From an uncultured Spirochaetales bacterium (GTDB lineage: Bacteria > Myxococcota_A > UBA9160 > SMWR01), in assembly GCA_964494795.1 (NCBI GenBank), contig CAZBSV010000074.1, positions 1,053 to 65,052 on the forward strand: a stretch of 64,000 nucleotides of DNA, read 5' to 3'. Position 1 is the first letter of the stretch. Each line of letters begins with the position of its first letter. Shown piece after piece: positions 10,301 to 18,242 of this stretch. The translations under genes and the position numbers were made by a program. The notes beneath the pieces are model-generated. The model did not search any database and had not been told where the DNA came from. It worked only from the letters and a program-made list of their open reading frames with translations.

Positions 10301-11028
10301 ACGTCGGCCAACAGCTCGAAGTGTTCAGGCGATCTGTCTTGTCCGAGCGCGCGCTTCGCGAGCGCCTCGGCGCGCTCGGTGGCACCTTGCTCGATCAGAT
10401 TCCGCGCATACCGGGCAATCGTCTCGACGCGACCGGGTTCGACCTCCAGAATCCGCTCGAACACCTTCCCCGCAGCTTCCGAGTCGCCCTGAAGCTCGAG
10501 CTCGCTGATGACGGCGTCGTATTCAGAGACGGCCTGTTCCTTCAGACCTTCCTGATGGAGCAGGTCGGCGACCTTGATTCGACTGGTTGTATTCGATGGA
10601 TCGATGGCGGCCATCTTCCGAAGCAGGCCGAGCGCTTCCTGCTTCTGGCCCGCCTTCCGATAGCCTTCCGCTGCTGCTTCGAGACAGCCGATCGCCTCGG
10701 CGGTCAGGCCCATGCGCTGATAGAGTTCCGCGAGCGGCTCGTAGGATGTGAATGTATCGGGTTGCAGATTTTGAATCTGCTTGAAGACCGCGACAGCACG
10801 AGCATCGAAGCCCTCGTGCATGAACTGATCGGCTACGACCGAATACGCACCGATCGCTTCACCGATCTGCCCCCAACGCCGGTAGGTGTCACCGAGCTCC
10901 AGACGCAACTTGGAGTCGCGCGGATCAAGCTTGAGCAGCTTGCCGAATTCATTGAGCGCCTTGTCCTTGGCGCCCTTTTGGGCGTGCTTGCGCGCCGCCT
11001 CCAGAATTTTTCGCTTGTCCGCCGCCAA
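7387..11028 (-). CDS. large multi-block TPR protein with acidic low-complexity linkers; SgmX-like by architecture and position
   Basis: 1213 aa. There are TPR blocks at the N-terminus, the middle and the C-terminus, separated by D/E-rich disordered regions. It sits downstream of pilQ on the same strand. The SgmX comparison is an inference from recalled Myxococcus xanthus locus organisation. Confidence 0.7.
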   Translation of the reverse strand: MAADKRKILEAARKHAQKGAKDKALNEFGKLLKLDPRDSKLRLELGDTYRRWGQIGEAIGAYSVVADQFMHEGFDARAVAVFKQIQNLQPDTFTSYEPLAELYQRMGLTAEAIGCLEAAAEGYRKAGQKQEALGLLRKMAAIDPSNTTSRIKVADLLHQEGLKEQAVSEYDAVISELELQGDSEAAGKVFERILEVEPGRVETIARYARNLIEQGATERAEALAKRALGQDRSPEHFELLADVYRLEKRDEDLVALYRELAELYRERGDEERTREILQRYVPLDEIGSKDTPNGYISDDEKLGDDELLDDLLIGDETTLLDGDLLSDTTLLVSDDDSGFGILSRDGDLDDIRSGPLSPISDSNEMTRLSPNGSLAKKPAGDSGPRDDEIDVGQLLAEASVYLRYGKRNQAIANLESILARDLDHRLALEKLGEAYAEGDDVAKAVEMWSRAARLAAESGEVGSAELLRSRVAALDPTAAGKLELSVARAAGSAPRVAGPTPRAAGPAPRATGSAPRVAGSTPRATESAPRAAGPTPRATGSAPGRQGIADDLSGESSDELSIPDDPAGVTLDPETARFDDSELPELDLAEISVHGIDIEIDIDDASFAQPSASDASTGQSSLAAAAGGLGSAGDAELDEISITDISVRHGAAGDEDAVDDAEVDSDAMTFSGPSESNASPEKVAEDLEEADFYLEQGLLDEAEAVYSRIVALLPNHPHAMVRLGEISAQRGHHAGPGVGAPATTAANSEPENGESAALAGSDIGEDLANWQGNLGATAAIARETALLKGAEAVEAGDAKAESVAAGARDEAAKDFAADLGFEDSGELDLDSNLGDDAAEDQSQSDEQDETGSLASVPKVSETPGESVADAGRADSVAALAEASDDHAAEHDHAPEQGHAPVQGHAPEPDGDPFGFDLAAELSQSLDRDAGASSSRIDRAAGRGNTSEDGFASVFAEFKKGVSAALSEGDYQAHYDLGIAYREMGLFSDAIGEFRLAMGDPERRIGCLHLLGMCAQDTGEPEQAIGHLKEALASSGLSNEMIFALKLDLGKSYEATGDIASARMAYEEVQALDPNFADVASRLAELQKSEESDPREGASVDTDEYESFDEFLGDLDDSAPIATQSAPIETQLAAIESKAATQAGAATEAPPIWESFDDVVAEVEAADSAESRSGAAEKGASSGPVGEEDAGDLVEADESAEKTPKRRKKKISFV
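9410..9570 (-). repeat. 21-nt tandem repeat, about 8 copies, in-frame in the TPR gene (heptapeptide PRxxGxx)
   Basis: Units ccggtcgcgcggggagtcggt / ccggccgcgcgtggagccgat ... encode PRVAGPT PRAAGPA PRATGSA PRVAGST PRATESA PRAAGPT PRATGSA. Confidence 0.9.
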
Positions 11029-11283
11029 CGGCGCCGCCCTGAACCCACGCAGAATGAGCGATTAAACGTGCAAATGGGTGGGGTATTCCCCCTCCAATAC
11101 TACCTATCGGCCATCGAATGGTTGTCTTGAGGATCCGCGCGCGTGCTCCGACGCTGCGAAACCGGCCGTGCGCCGAGCGGATCGGGGCAAACGTGGATCG
11201 AGCCGTGCTGTAAAATGCCACCGCGAGCGCGACGCTGCGCGCTTCCCGCGAGTTTTCGCCCCGCCAGGCAGATTTTCCCGGCC

Positions 11284-11730
11284 TTAGGGCTCCAGGTGTT
11301 CGAGCAGCGCGTTGAGGCCGAGCCCATAGCCCATCGAGCCGAAGCCGCTGATCACTCCGAGCGCAATATCCGAAATGAAAGAGTGCCGGCGGAATTCCTC
11401 TCTCGCGAAGATGTTGGAGAGGTGAACCTCGACGATCGGAAGTCCCGTCGCAGCCAGGGCGTCGCGCAGGGTAACGCTCGTATGGGTCAATCCACCGGGA
11501 TTGATCAGGATGCCGTCGGCCCATGATTGCGCCTCTTGAATCCGATCCACCAGCGCTCCCTCGTAATTCGACTGGAAGAATTCGACCTCGGCTCCCCACT
11601 CCTTGGCGGCCGAGCTGAGATCCCCGTTGATCTCCTCCAGCGTGGTGGTGCCGTAGATGTCCGGCTCTCGGGAGCCGAGCAGGTTGAGATTCGGCCCGTG
11701 GACGACCAGGATCCGCTGTGGTTCAGGCAT
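11284..11730 (-). CDS. aroQ: type II 3-dehydroquinate dehydratase
   Basis: [21 protein letters not shown]...[16 protein letters not shown]...[21 protein letters not shown] 11730 with GAGGAG RBS. Confidence 0.9.
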   Translation of the reverse strand: MPEPQRILVVHGPNLNLLGSREPDIYGTTTLEEINGDLSSAAKEWGAEVEFFQSNYEGALVDRIQEAQSWADGILINPGGLTHTSVTLRDALAATGLPIVEVHLSNIFAREEFRRHSFISDIALGVISGFGSMGYGLGLNALLEHLEP

Positions 11731-11772
11731 CGCTCGATCTCCTCGCAAACGCCGTCCGCCGAGGCGCAGTTT

Positions 11773-12165
11773 TCAGAACTCGTGGCGGATGGCGTGCATG
11801 TGTCGCCGGATGAGATAGCGCGCCTTGCCGAGGTTGCCATCTCGCGCCAGCGCGAGAACCAGGAAATTCTCGTCGTCGACCGGCTGGAAGATCAGCATGA
11901 AGCCCTTGACGCGGATGATCGTCTCCTCCAGCGCGCCCCCACCGAGAGCATCCGAGGCGCGTCGGATGTCCGTCAGGATGCGGCCGAATTCGATGCCCGC
12001 GGTGCCGACCTCCACCGCTTGATTGGCGCCGCGCGAGTGCGCGGAACCAGCGGAATCATCCGCCGTAAATTCTTCGATCGCGATCCCGTCGTTGCCCATC
12101 AACACCGCGCCGATTCCGCCACCGCAGCCTTCGACGATCGCGCGGAGGGTCGCCTCGAAATTCAT
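11773..12165 (-). CDS. Roadblock/LC7 domain protein (MglB/MglC-like)
   Basis: 130 aa with a Robl_LC7-like pattern (GIGAVLMGNDGIAIEEF...IIRVKGFMLIFQPVDDENFLVLALARDGNLGKARYLIRR). ATG 12165 with GGGGAGGG RBS. The start overlaps the upstream stop (ATGA). Confidence 0.75.
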   Translation of the reverse strand: MNFEATLRAIVEGCGGGIGAVLMGNDGIAIEEFTADDSAGSAHSRGANQAVEVGTAGIEFGRILTDIRRASDALGGGALEETIIRVKGFMLIFQPVDDENFLVLALARDGNLGKARYLIRRHMHAIRHEF

Positions 12166-12755
12166 TGCATCCCTCCCCTGATATTCATGAGCCAACGCTC
12201 CAGTCGTTCAATCTTCCGCGGGCTGCGATTTCGAACCTTCGCCTGCACACCGCCAGACGATGATTCCATCAACGCGCGTATCCGCGAGGCACCGCGCTCG
12301 TCTCCTTGCTGCGCGAGCAATTGCGCGACGGTGCGAGTCGCGAAGTTCGAGTTCGGTGACGCGAATTCGTCGACGAGCTCGAGCTCTGTCTCCAACATCG
12401 CCTGCTGCGCGATTGCGTCGGCATCGATCACTTCGTCCGGATCGGTCTCCGCCGAATCGAATGCGCGTTCGAACTCTCCCGCGCTGAGATCCAGGCCAAA
12501 GACGCCGGCGGAATCGGACTGATCGGTGACTTCGACACCCAGGTTCGAATCGGCCCAGGACTCCATCACACGACGCGCTTGATCTACTTGCCCTTGATCC
12601 AGTAGCACCAGCGCCATCACGACGGCGCCCTCGGCGCTCTCCGGCTGCTCGTCGAGTCCGAGACGCGCCAACTGCTGCGCCTGATCGAGCTTTCCCGCTC
12701 GCCGATGCCCCTCGGCAAGCATCGCAAATTCCGCCCACTGCTTCGCATCACGCAC
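12162..12755 (-). CDS. small TPR-like / acidic protein of unknown function
   Basis: GTG 12755 preceded by GGGAGGGG. An N-terminal TPR-like helical pair (AEFAMLAEGHRRAGKLDQAQQLARLGL...ALVLLDQGQVDQARRVME) is followed by an acidic linker and a conserved-looking tail (FATRTVAQLLAQQGDERGASRI...KIERLERWL). It overlaps the aroB stop by 8 nt. Confidence 0.55.
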   Translation of the reverse strand: MRDAKQWAEFAMLAEGHRRAGKLDQAQQLARLGLDEQPESAEGAVVMALVLLDQGQVDQARRVMESWADSNLGVEVTDQSDSAGVFGLDLSAGEFERAFDSAETDPDEVIDADAIAQQAMLETELELVDEFASPNSNFATRTVAQLLAQQGDERGASRIRALMESSSGGVQAKVRNRSPRKIERLERWLMNIRGGMQ

Positions 12756-13911
12756 GCTTTGAGTTCCCCTCCCGCCAACGGGCCGCGGCGCCGGCAGAGC
12801 CAGACCGACGCCTCGCGGCGGGTAGCACATCGCGCGGGCTCAGCGGAAAAGTCTGGGCGCCGCCGATTCCGCGGAGCACGACGAAGCGAATCTTCGAATC
12901 TGCCATCTTCTTATCGACCTTCAAAGCATCGAGATAAGCACTTCGGGGATAATCTGGCAGCTCGCTCGGAAGCCCGAATCGCAGGACCAGACTGCGGATT
13001 CGCTCGGCAGTACCCGCGGGGGAGAACTCCAGCTCTTCGGACCGCCGCGCGGCGACCAGCATGCCGATCGAGACGGCTTCTCCGTGGAGCAGTCCTCGGT
13101 AGCGGGCCAGCTTTTCGATCGCGTGGGCCATCGTATGGCCAAAATTGAGGATCTGGCGCAGACCCGACTCGCGTTCGTCGCGCGCCACCACCTCCGCTTT
13201 GATCGCACAGGCGCGCTCGAGTGTGGGAATCAACTCCTGCGGATCGAGTTCCAGCAGGCGCTCGGCATTCTGCTCGAGGCGTTCGAAGAGTTGCAGATCC
13301 CAGATCGCGGCCGCTTTGATGACTTCCGCGAAACCCGCTGCCCGCTGCCGAACCGATAGCGTGCCCAGCGTTTGCGTGTCGATCCAAACCAGCCGAGGCT
13401 GATGGAACGCGCCCACGAGATTCTTCCCCTGCGGGAGATTGACGGCGACCTTGCCTCCGATGCTCGCGTCGACCATCGCAAGCACGGTCGTCGGTATCTG
13501 AATGAAGGGTACACCGCGCAGGTAGGAAGCAGCCGCAAAGCCGGCGAGATCACCGACCATTCCGCCTCCGAGTGCGACGATGGGCGTGGTCCGGTCCGCG
13601 CCGAACTCGATCAGCGCGTCCCAGAGCTTCGACAGCTGTCGCGGATTCTTGCTCGAATCACCGTCGGGAACCGAGATCTTGCGAACGCGGTAACCGGCCG
13701 CCCGGAGCGAGCGCTCGAGAATTCCAGCGTAGCGCCGGGAGACCGGCGGTACCGTCACCACGAATGCGCGACTCGACGGCGCGCAGTCGGAAATCGCGCG
13801 TCCCGCACCCGTTAGCGTTCCGACACCCAACTGGATCGGATAACTGCGCTCGCCGAGATCGACGGTCAGGCTGCCCACGATGCGGCCAGTTCGATCTTTG
13901 GCATCACTCAC
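12748..13911 (-). CDS. aroB: 3-dehydroquinate synthase
   Basis: ALGGGMVGDLAGFAAASYLRGVPFIQIPTTVLAMVDASIGGKVAVN and GHTMAHAIE motifs. GTGA overlap with aroK. Confidence 0.9.
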   Translation of the reverse strand: MSDAKDRTGRIVGSLTVDLGERSYPIQLGVGTLTGAGRAISDCAPSSRAFVVTVPPVSRRYAGILERSLRAAGYRVRKISVPDGDSSKNPRQLSKLWDALIEFGADRTTPIVALGGGMVGDLAGFAAASYLRGVPFIQIPTTVLAMVDASIGGKVAVNLPQGKNLVGAFHQPRLVWIDTQTLGTLSVRQRAAGFAEVIKAAAIWDLQLFERLEQNAERLLELDPQELIPTLERACAIKAEVVARDERESGLRQILNFGHTMAHAIEKLARYRGLLHGEAVSIGMLVAARRSEELEFSPAGTAERIRSLVLRFGLPSELPDYPRSAYLDALKVDKKMADSKIRFVVLRGIGGAQTFPLSPRDVLPAARRRSGSAGAAARWREGNSKRA

Positions 13912-14468
13912 ACGGGAGCCCTCTTCCCGGCTTGCGGCTCACGCCCCTCGCATTGTCGGCCGAGGCGGCGCCGTATCTCTTCGACCACCGCCTCGAGCGT
14001 CCGGCCATCGGTATCGACTTCGATTTCAGCCGTCTCGTACGCGTTCGCGCGCTTTGCGAGCAGGCCTTCGATTTTTGCCCGGCGCTCCGCGGCCGCAAGG
14101 CCTTCGAGCAGCGGTCGGCCCGAGCCGTCAGCGAGCCGGGCGAGCAGCGAATCCGGCGACGCCTTCAGATAGATCACGCTTCCCGTACGCTCCAGCAAGG
14201 CTGCAACACCCGATTGAGCGATCGCGCCGCCACCCAGAGCGACCACGGCATCTGCTTCGCTGAGTTCGTCGATCGCCTGGCGCTCACGACTGCGAAACCA
14301 CGACTCGCCCTCGGTCGCAAAAATCTCGGCGACGCTCATCCCCGCCGCGCGCTCGATCTCCGAATCCGTGTCGATGAAGCGCCGATCCAGCGATCGCGCC
14401 AGAAGCGCTCCCACGGCGGACTTGCCGGCTCCCATCATGCCCACCAACCAGATTGGCCGATTTCCCAT
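13908..14468 (-). CDS. aroK: shikimate kinase
   Basis: IWLVGMMGAGKSAVG Walker A, DTDSEIE, ALGGGA. The start at ATG 14468 is preferred over GTG 14480 but remains uncertain. Confidence 0.85.
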   Translation of the reverse strand: MGNRPIWLVGMMGAGKSAVGALLARSLDRRFIDTDSEIERAAGMSVAEIFATEGESWFRSRERQAIDELSEADAVVALGGGAIAQSGVAALLERTGSVIYLKASPDSLLARLADGSGRPLLEGLAAAERRAKIEGLLAKRANAYETAEIEVDTDGRTLEAVVEEIRRRLGRQCEGREPQAGKRAPV

Positions 14469-14486
14469 CGATTCGAACACTACATG

Positions 14487-14510
14487 AAAAGGGGGGGCCG
14501 AAGCCCCCCC
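14487..14510 (-). terminator. rho-independent terminator between pilQ and aroK
   Basis: The minus strand reads GGGGGGGC-TTCG-GCCCCCCC followed by TTTT: an 8-bp GC stem, a tetraloop and a T-run, 46 nt after the pilQ stop. Confidence 0.7.
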
Positions 14511-14555
14511 TCACCTTGCAATCGAACCGGCTGTCCGCTTCAGCGGAAGGCGGGC

Positions 14556-17500
14556 TCAGGCATCGTCCCCATCCGGCACGACCACGCGCGGGGTCACGAA
14601 AACCAGCAACTCCTTGCGGCTCTCGCCGGTTTCGTCGCTTCGGAACAGTGCGCCGAGCAGCGGGATCTTGTGGAGATAGGGGACGCGCGATTGCCGCTCC
14701 GACTTGTCGATCACGTAGATTCCACCCAGGACGAGGGTTTGCCCGTCCTTGATGAGGGTCATCGTCTTGACCTGGTTCTTCGCGATGGCCGGCGAACCGG
14801 TCAGCGTGAAGACGCTGTCGTCGGGGGCGTTGCGCGTCACCGCGATCTTCATGATGATGCTCTTGTTCGCCGTGATGTGCGGTGTCACGTCGAGTTTCAG
14901 CACTGCGTCGACGAATTCGAGCTGTGCATCGCCGTTCTCGAACGTCTGGAACGGAATCGAGACGCCTTGCTCGATCGTCGCCTTGCTGTTGTCGAGCGTT
15001 ACGACTCGCGGACTCGAAATCACCTTGCCGTCGCCATTGACTTCCGCCGCCTGCAACTGCAGATCCACGTTGAATGTATCGTCGAGGATCCAGCCAGCGA
15101 GATTCAAGAATCCGTTCGGGTTCGCGGTGATCGGGTTGGCGATCAGGGCATCATTCCCCGCGGTGGGTGTGTAGAGCCAGTTGTCAGGCAACTTGTCCGG
15201 ATCTGCTCCCAGCGCCCACACGGTGCCGAATTCCCGAGAGAAATCGAGGCTTGCTTCCACGATCTTCGCCTCGATCATGACCTGCGGCGTTTGCGTATCG
15301 ATCGCCTTGATCAGCGCCGTTGCCTCAGCGATCACCGAAGGAATGTCCTTGATGATCAGCGTGCTGGTGCGCTCGTCCGTCGTGACGGTTCCGCGCTCCG
15401 GTGTCAGCAGTTGCTTGACCATGGCGGAAACCTGTTTCACGTCGGCAAAATTGACGGGCTGAAGCTTGACGATCAGGTCTTCGAGCCTTTCCTTCGAGCG
15501 GCGCTCCTGCAGGCGCATTTCCTCTTCCTGCTGGATTTCGACGCTCGGCGCGATCCGCAGAATGTTCCCGACGCGCATGAATCCGAGCCCCTTGGTGAGC
15601 AGGACGACATCGAGAGCCTGATCCCAGGGAACCTCGACCAGGCGTACCGTCACCTTGCCCTTCACGTCGTCGCCTGCGATCACGTTGAGTTCCGACACTT
15701 CAGCGATCAGACGCAAGACGTCCGCGATGTCCACGTCCTTGAAATCAAGTGAGATCCGTCGGCCGATGTATTGCTTTTCGGCCGACAAACCGCCCGGCGT
15801 CAACAAGTCGATCGCGGATTCGGGCTCGATCGAGGCGGGCATCGATTCCGAACTGGAATCGGAAGCCGGCTGCTGCGAAACATCGGAGTCAGCACTGTCC
15901 GGCGTCGAGGCAGGCACGCCCTCCAGCTGAGCCTGGGCGAGCATCGCCTGATCCTGGCTCATCGCAGGCGGCGCAACGGCCACCGCTCCGGTGCGTGGGA
16001 AATCAATCACCAGCAGTGAACCGCGGCGCGTAATCTCCGGTTGCAGATCCGCAGCGCGCTGCACGACCAACCGAACTTCGGGTTCTTCCATTTCGGGCTG
16101 ATCGAATGCGGTGACCAGCGAGATCGGACCACCGGGCTCAGGCGTAATGCGCACGGCGGCCTCAGGGTCCACCTTCGCTCCTCGGAGCGAGATGATCACC
16201 GTCTCGGACGTCGGCTCGAACACCGCGTAGTCGACCGGCGAGTCAGCCAAGACCACGATGCGATCTCGAGTGTCCTGATTGTCGAACTCGATCCCGTAGA
16301 TCGAAACGATCGCGCTGCCAGTCTCGGCGATAGCGGACTCGATTTGCTGCGTCTCCGGAGCCTCCATGGAATCGACAGGCGCGTCGATCGGATCCGCCCA
16401 GGCAGCTACTTCAGCCGGCGTCAAATCTGCTTCGACGACCGGTGTCACTGCAGCGACTTCGCCTGCCGCGATCTCGTCGGCCTCGGCACCCAGCTCATCG
16501 GGCGAGCTGCTCTGCGTCTCCGCATTGCCAATTTCTGCGATCTCGACGGGAGTTGCCATTGGAGCAGCCCCTCCCGTGGCTGCAACCAGAGCGGAGTCGA
16601 TCTCCGGCCCGCGGCCGAGGGCAATCACCAATCCAGCGGCGGTCGGCACGACCCTGCGACCATCGAAGGGCTGCGCGGTACTGCCGCCATCGACCACGAC
16701 GCGGATCTTGTCGACGTGTTCGCCCACGCGGACCCTCGACACCAGCTCCGAATCCAGTTCAATGGTCGAAAGATCCGCTGCATTCTCCAGTTCGAGAAGG
16801 TCTACCACCAGCCGCGACGGATCTTCGAGGGTGAAGGTCATCACGCTCGAGATCAATCCGTTCGCGCGAAGCTTCACGAGGACGCCCTCGCCGGCCTTCT
16901 CGACGTCCACGCCCGTGAAGCGGGTCGCGGGTGTCGGGTCTGCAGCCGCCTCCATCACATCTGCAGCCGCCTCCACCACATCTGCAGGCGCCTCCATCAC
17001 ATCTGCAGCCGCCTCCACCACGTCTGCAGGCGCCTCCATCACATCTGCAGGCGCCTCCGTCAAATCTGGGGACTGCTCAGCCGCGCTAGATGCCCAGGGA
17101 TCGAAGGCATCTGCCTGCGCGTGTTCCAGCGTCTCGGCACCCGAGTCGAGCGCCGCAGCGGCGAGATCGCCAGAAATTCGAATCTGCAATCCACCAGCAA
17201 CGAATTGCACCTCGTGCTCCGCGGGCGCGTCGAGGAAGACTTCTACGCGGGTCATTGCGTCGCTGGTTCCCGTCGAATAGGGCGCCACCAAGACCTTCGC
17301 GACGAGCCCGTCGCCTACGATCACGGGCTCGATCGCTCGATCGGCGCGCGCCGCCAGATCCACGATGATGCGATCCGGGTTCGGTTGCCCGAATGCCGTG
17401 AAGATCGGGTGATCCGGTCCGACCAGCGTAACGATGGTGTCACTTCCATCACGCTCGACCTGGATCTCCGAAATGTCCTGGTCCTGCGACGACTGAGCCG

Positions 17501-17603
17501 TCGTAGATCCGGTGCCAGCGCAGCCAACGGTTCCGCCGGCCAGCAAGGCCGCGAGCGCCGTCACCGCCGCAATGTGGAACCGACCGCTTCTAAATCCCAG
17601 CAT
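14556..17603 (-). CDS. pilQ: type IV pilus secretin PilQ with N-terminal AMIN-type domains
   Basis: The C-terminal secretin domain (...ATIEQGVSIPFQT...TLVLGGIY...RVPYLHKIPLLGALFR...ELLVFVTPRVV) is preceded by an STN/N0-like region and repeated AMIN-like modules. ATG 17603 with a GAGGGGGGG RBS inside the pilP end. Confidence 0.9.
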   Translation of the reverse strand: MLGFRSGRFHIAAVTALAALLAGGTVGCAGTGSTTAQSSQDQDISEIQVERDGSDTIVTLVGPDHPIFTAFGQPNPDRIIVDLAARADRAIEPVIVGDGLVAKVLVAPYSTGTSDAMTRVEVFLDAPAEHEVQFVAGGLQIRISGDLAAAALDSGAETLEHAQADAFDPWASSAAEQSPDLTEAPADVMEAPADVVEAAADVMEAPADVVEAAADVMEAAADPTPATRFTGVDVEKAGEGVLVKLRANGLISSVMTFTLEDPSRLVVDLLELENAADLSTIELDSELVSRVRVGEHVDKIRVVVDGGSTAQPFDGRRVVPTAAGLVIALGRGPEIDSALVAATGGAAPMATPVEIAEIGNAETQSSSPDELGAEADEIAAGEVAAVTPVVEADLTPAEVAAWADPIDAPVDSMEAPETQQIESAIAETGSAIVSIYGIEFDNQDTRDRIVVLADSPVDYAVFEPTSETVIISLRGAKVDPEAAVRITPEPGGPISLVTAFDQPEMEEPEVRLVVQRAADLQPEITRRGSLLVIDFPRTGAVAVAPPAMSQDQAMLAQAQLEGVPASTPDSADSDVSQQPASDSSSESMPASIEPESAIDLLTPGGLSAEKQYIGRRISLDFKDVDIADVLRLIAEVSELNVIAGDDVKGKVTVRLVEVPWDQALDVVLLTKGLGFMRVGNILRIAPSVEIQQEEEMRLQERRSKERLEDLIVKLQPVNFADVKQVSAMVKQLLTPERGTVTTDERTSTLIIKDIPSVIAEATALIKAIDTQTPQVMIEAKIVEASLDFSREFGTVWALGADPDKLPDNWLYTPTAGNDALIANPITANPNGFLNLAGWILDDTFNVDLQLQAAEVNGDGKVISSPRVVTLDNSKATIEQGVSIPFQTFENGDAQLEFVDAVLKLDVTPHITANKSIIMKIAVTRNAPDDSVFTLTGSPAIAKNQVKTMTLIKDGQTLVLGGIYVIDKSERQSRVPYLHKIPLLGALFRSDETGESRKELLVFVTPRVVVPDGDDA
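16939..17068 (-). repeat. 21-nt tandem repeat, about 6 copies, in-frame in pilQ (heptapeptide ADVxEAx)
   Basis: tctgcagccgcctccatcaca / tctgcagccgcctccaccaca / tctgcaggcgcctccatcaca ... encode APADVMEAPADVVEAAADVMEAPADVVEAAADVMEAAAD. Confidence 0.9.
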
Positions 17604-17608
17604 CGAAC

Positions 17609-18199
17609 TCACCCCCCCTCACTACGACGGATCCGCATTTCGATATCTTTTTTCGTCACGTTGCCCAGATAATCCACATAGGTCTCGTTGATGACGACCA
17701 AGTTGTCATCAATCGTTGTTACCATCCCTTCGTTCTTTCCGATTCGCGTGCCCTTCGCGACGATGTAACTATGACCAGCCGGGTCCTCTACCAACGCCCT
17801 CGCGGATCCCGTATTCCAGACCACCGCAACGATCGATAGTTGGCTGACGTCGAATTGCTCCAGCGGTCCGCCAGCCACTTCTTGGCTCGAGATTTCCTTC
17901 CTCTCCCACTCGAACGACCGGAACGGATCCCGCAGGCCCTCCTTGTCGTAGAGCATTCCGGGCCCGGTTCCGGCGAAGCTGCCATCGATCGCCGGTGCGA
18001 CGGGAACCGCGGCGACTTGACTCGGCTGCACGGCGGGCGCCGCCGCGGCTTCACCCTTCTTCGCCTTCCGCTCGGCTACGCGCGCGTTTAGCTTGGCGCG
18101 CTCCTGTTGAAACTCGGCCTGGGTCGGCTGGTTGGCCTCTTCTTTGCAACCGACCAGCGCCAACAATCCGATCGAGATCGCGATGGCTGCAATTTTCAC
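17609..18199 (-). CDS. pilP: type IV pilus assembly lipoprotein PilP
   Basis: GTG 18199 with GGAGGGG RBS. Lipobox LLALVGC. C-terminal PilP domain (LRDPF...LEQFDVSQLSIVAVVWNTGSARALVEDPAGHSYIVAKGTRIGKNEG). Confidence 0.75.
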   Translation of the reverse strand: MKIAAIAISIGLLALVGCKEEANQPTQAEFQQERAKLNARVAERKAKKGEAAAAPAVQPSQVAAVPVAPAIDGSFAGTGPGMLYDKEGLRDPFRSFEWERKEISSQEVAGGPLEQFDVSQLSIVAVVWNTGSARALVEDPAGHSYIVAKGTRIGKNEGMVTTIDDNLVVINETYVDYLGNVTKKDIEMRIRRSEGG

Positions 18200-18242
18200 G
18201 CTACCCCTCCGCCCCGACCGACGTCCGCGAAGTACGCCCCGT

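Noticed and set aside
11203-11222. Minus-strand TGGCATTTTACAGCA upstream of the large TPR gene
   Set aside because: The GG-GC spacing is 9 nt and the -12 element is poor. It is not called as a sigma-54 promoter.
13572-15752. 726-aa plus-strand ORF
   Set aside because: It is antisense to aroB, aroK and pilQ, all of which have clear family motifs. Its translation is Arg/Ala/Pro-rich with no recognisable domains, which is a typical GC-rich shadow ORF.
16041-17672. 543-aa plus-strand ORF, plus 16366..17280
   Set aside because: Both are antisense to pilQ. Their repetitive HHICSRL segments are simply the reverse reading of the pilQ 21-nt repeat.
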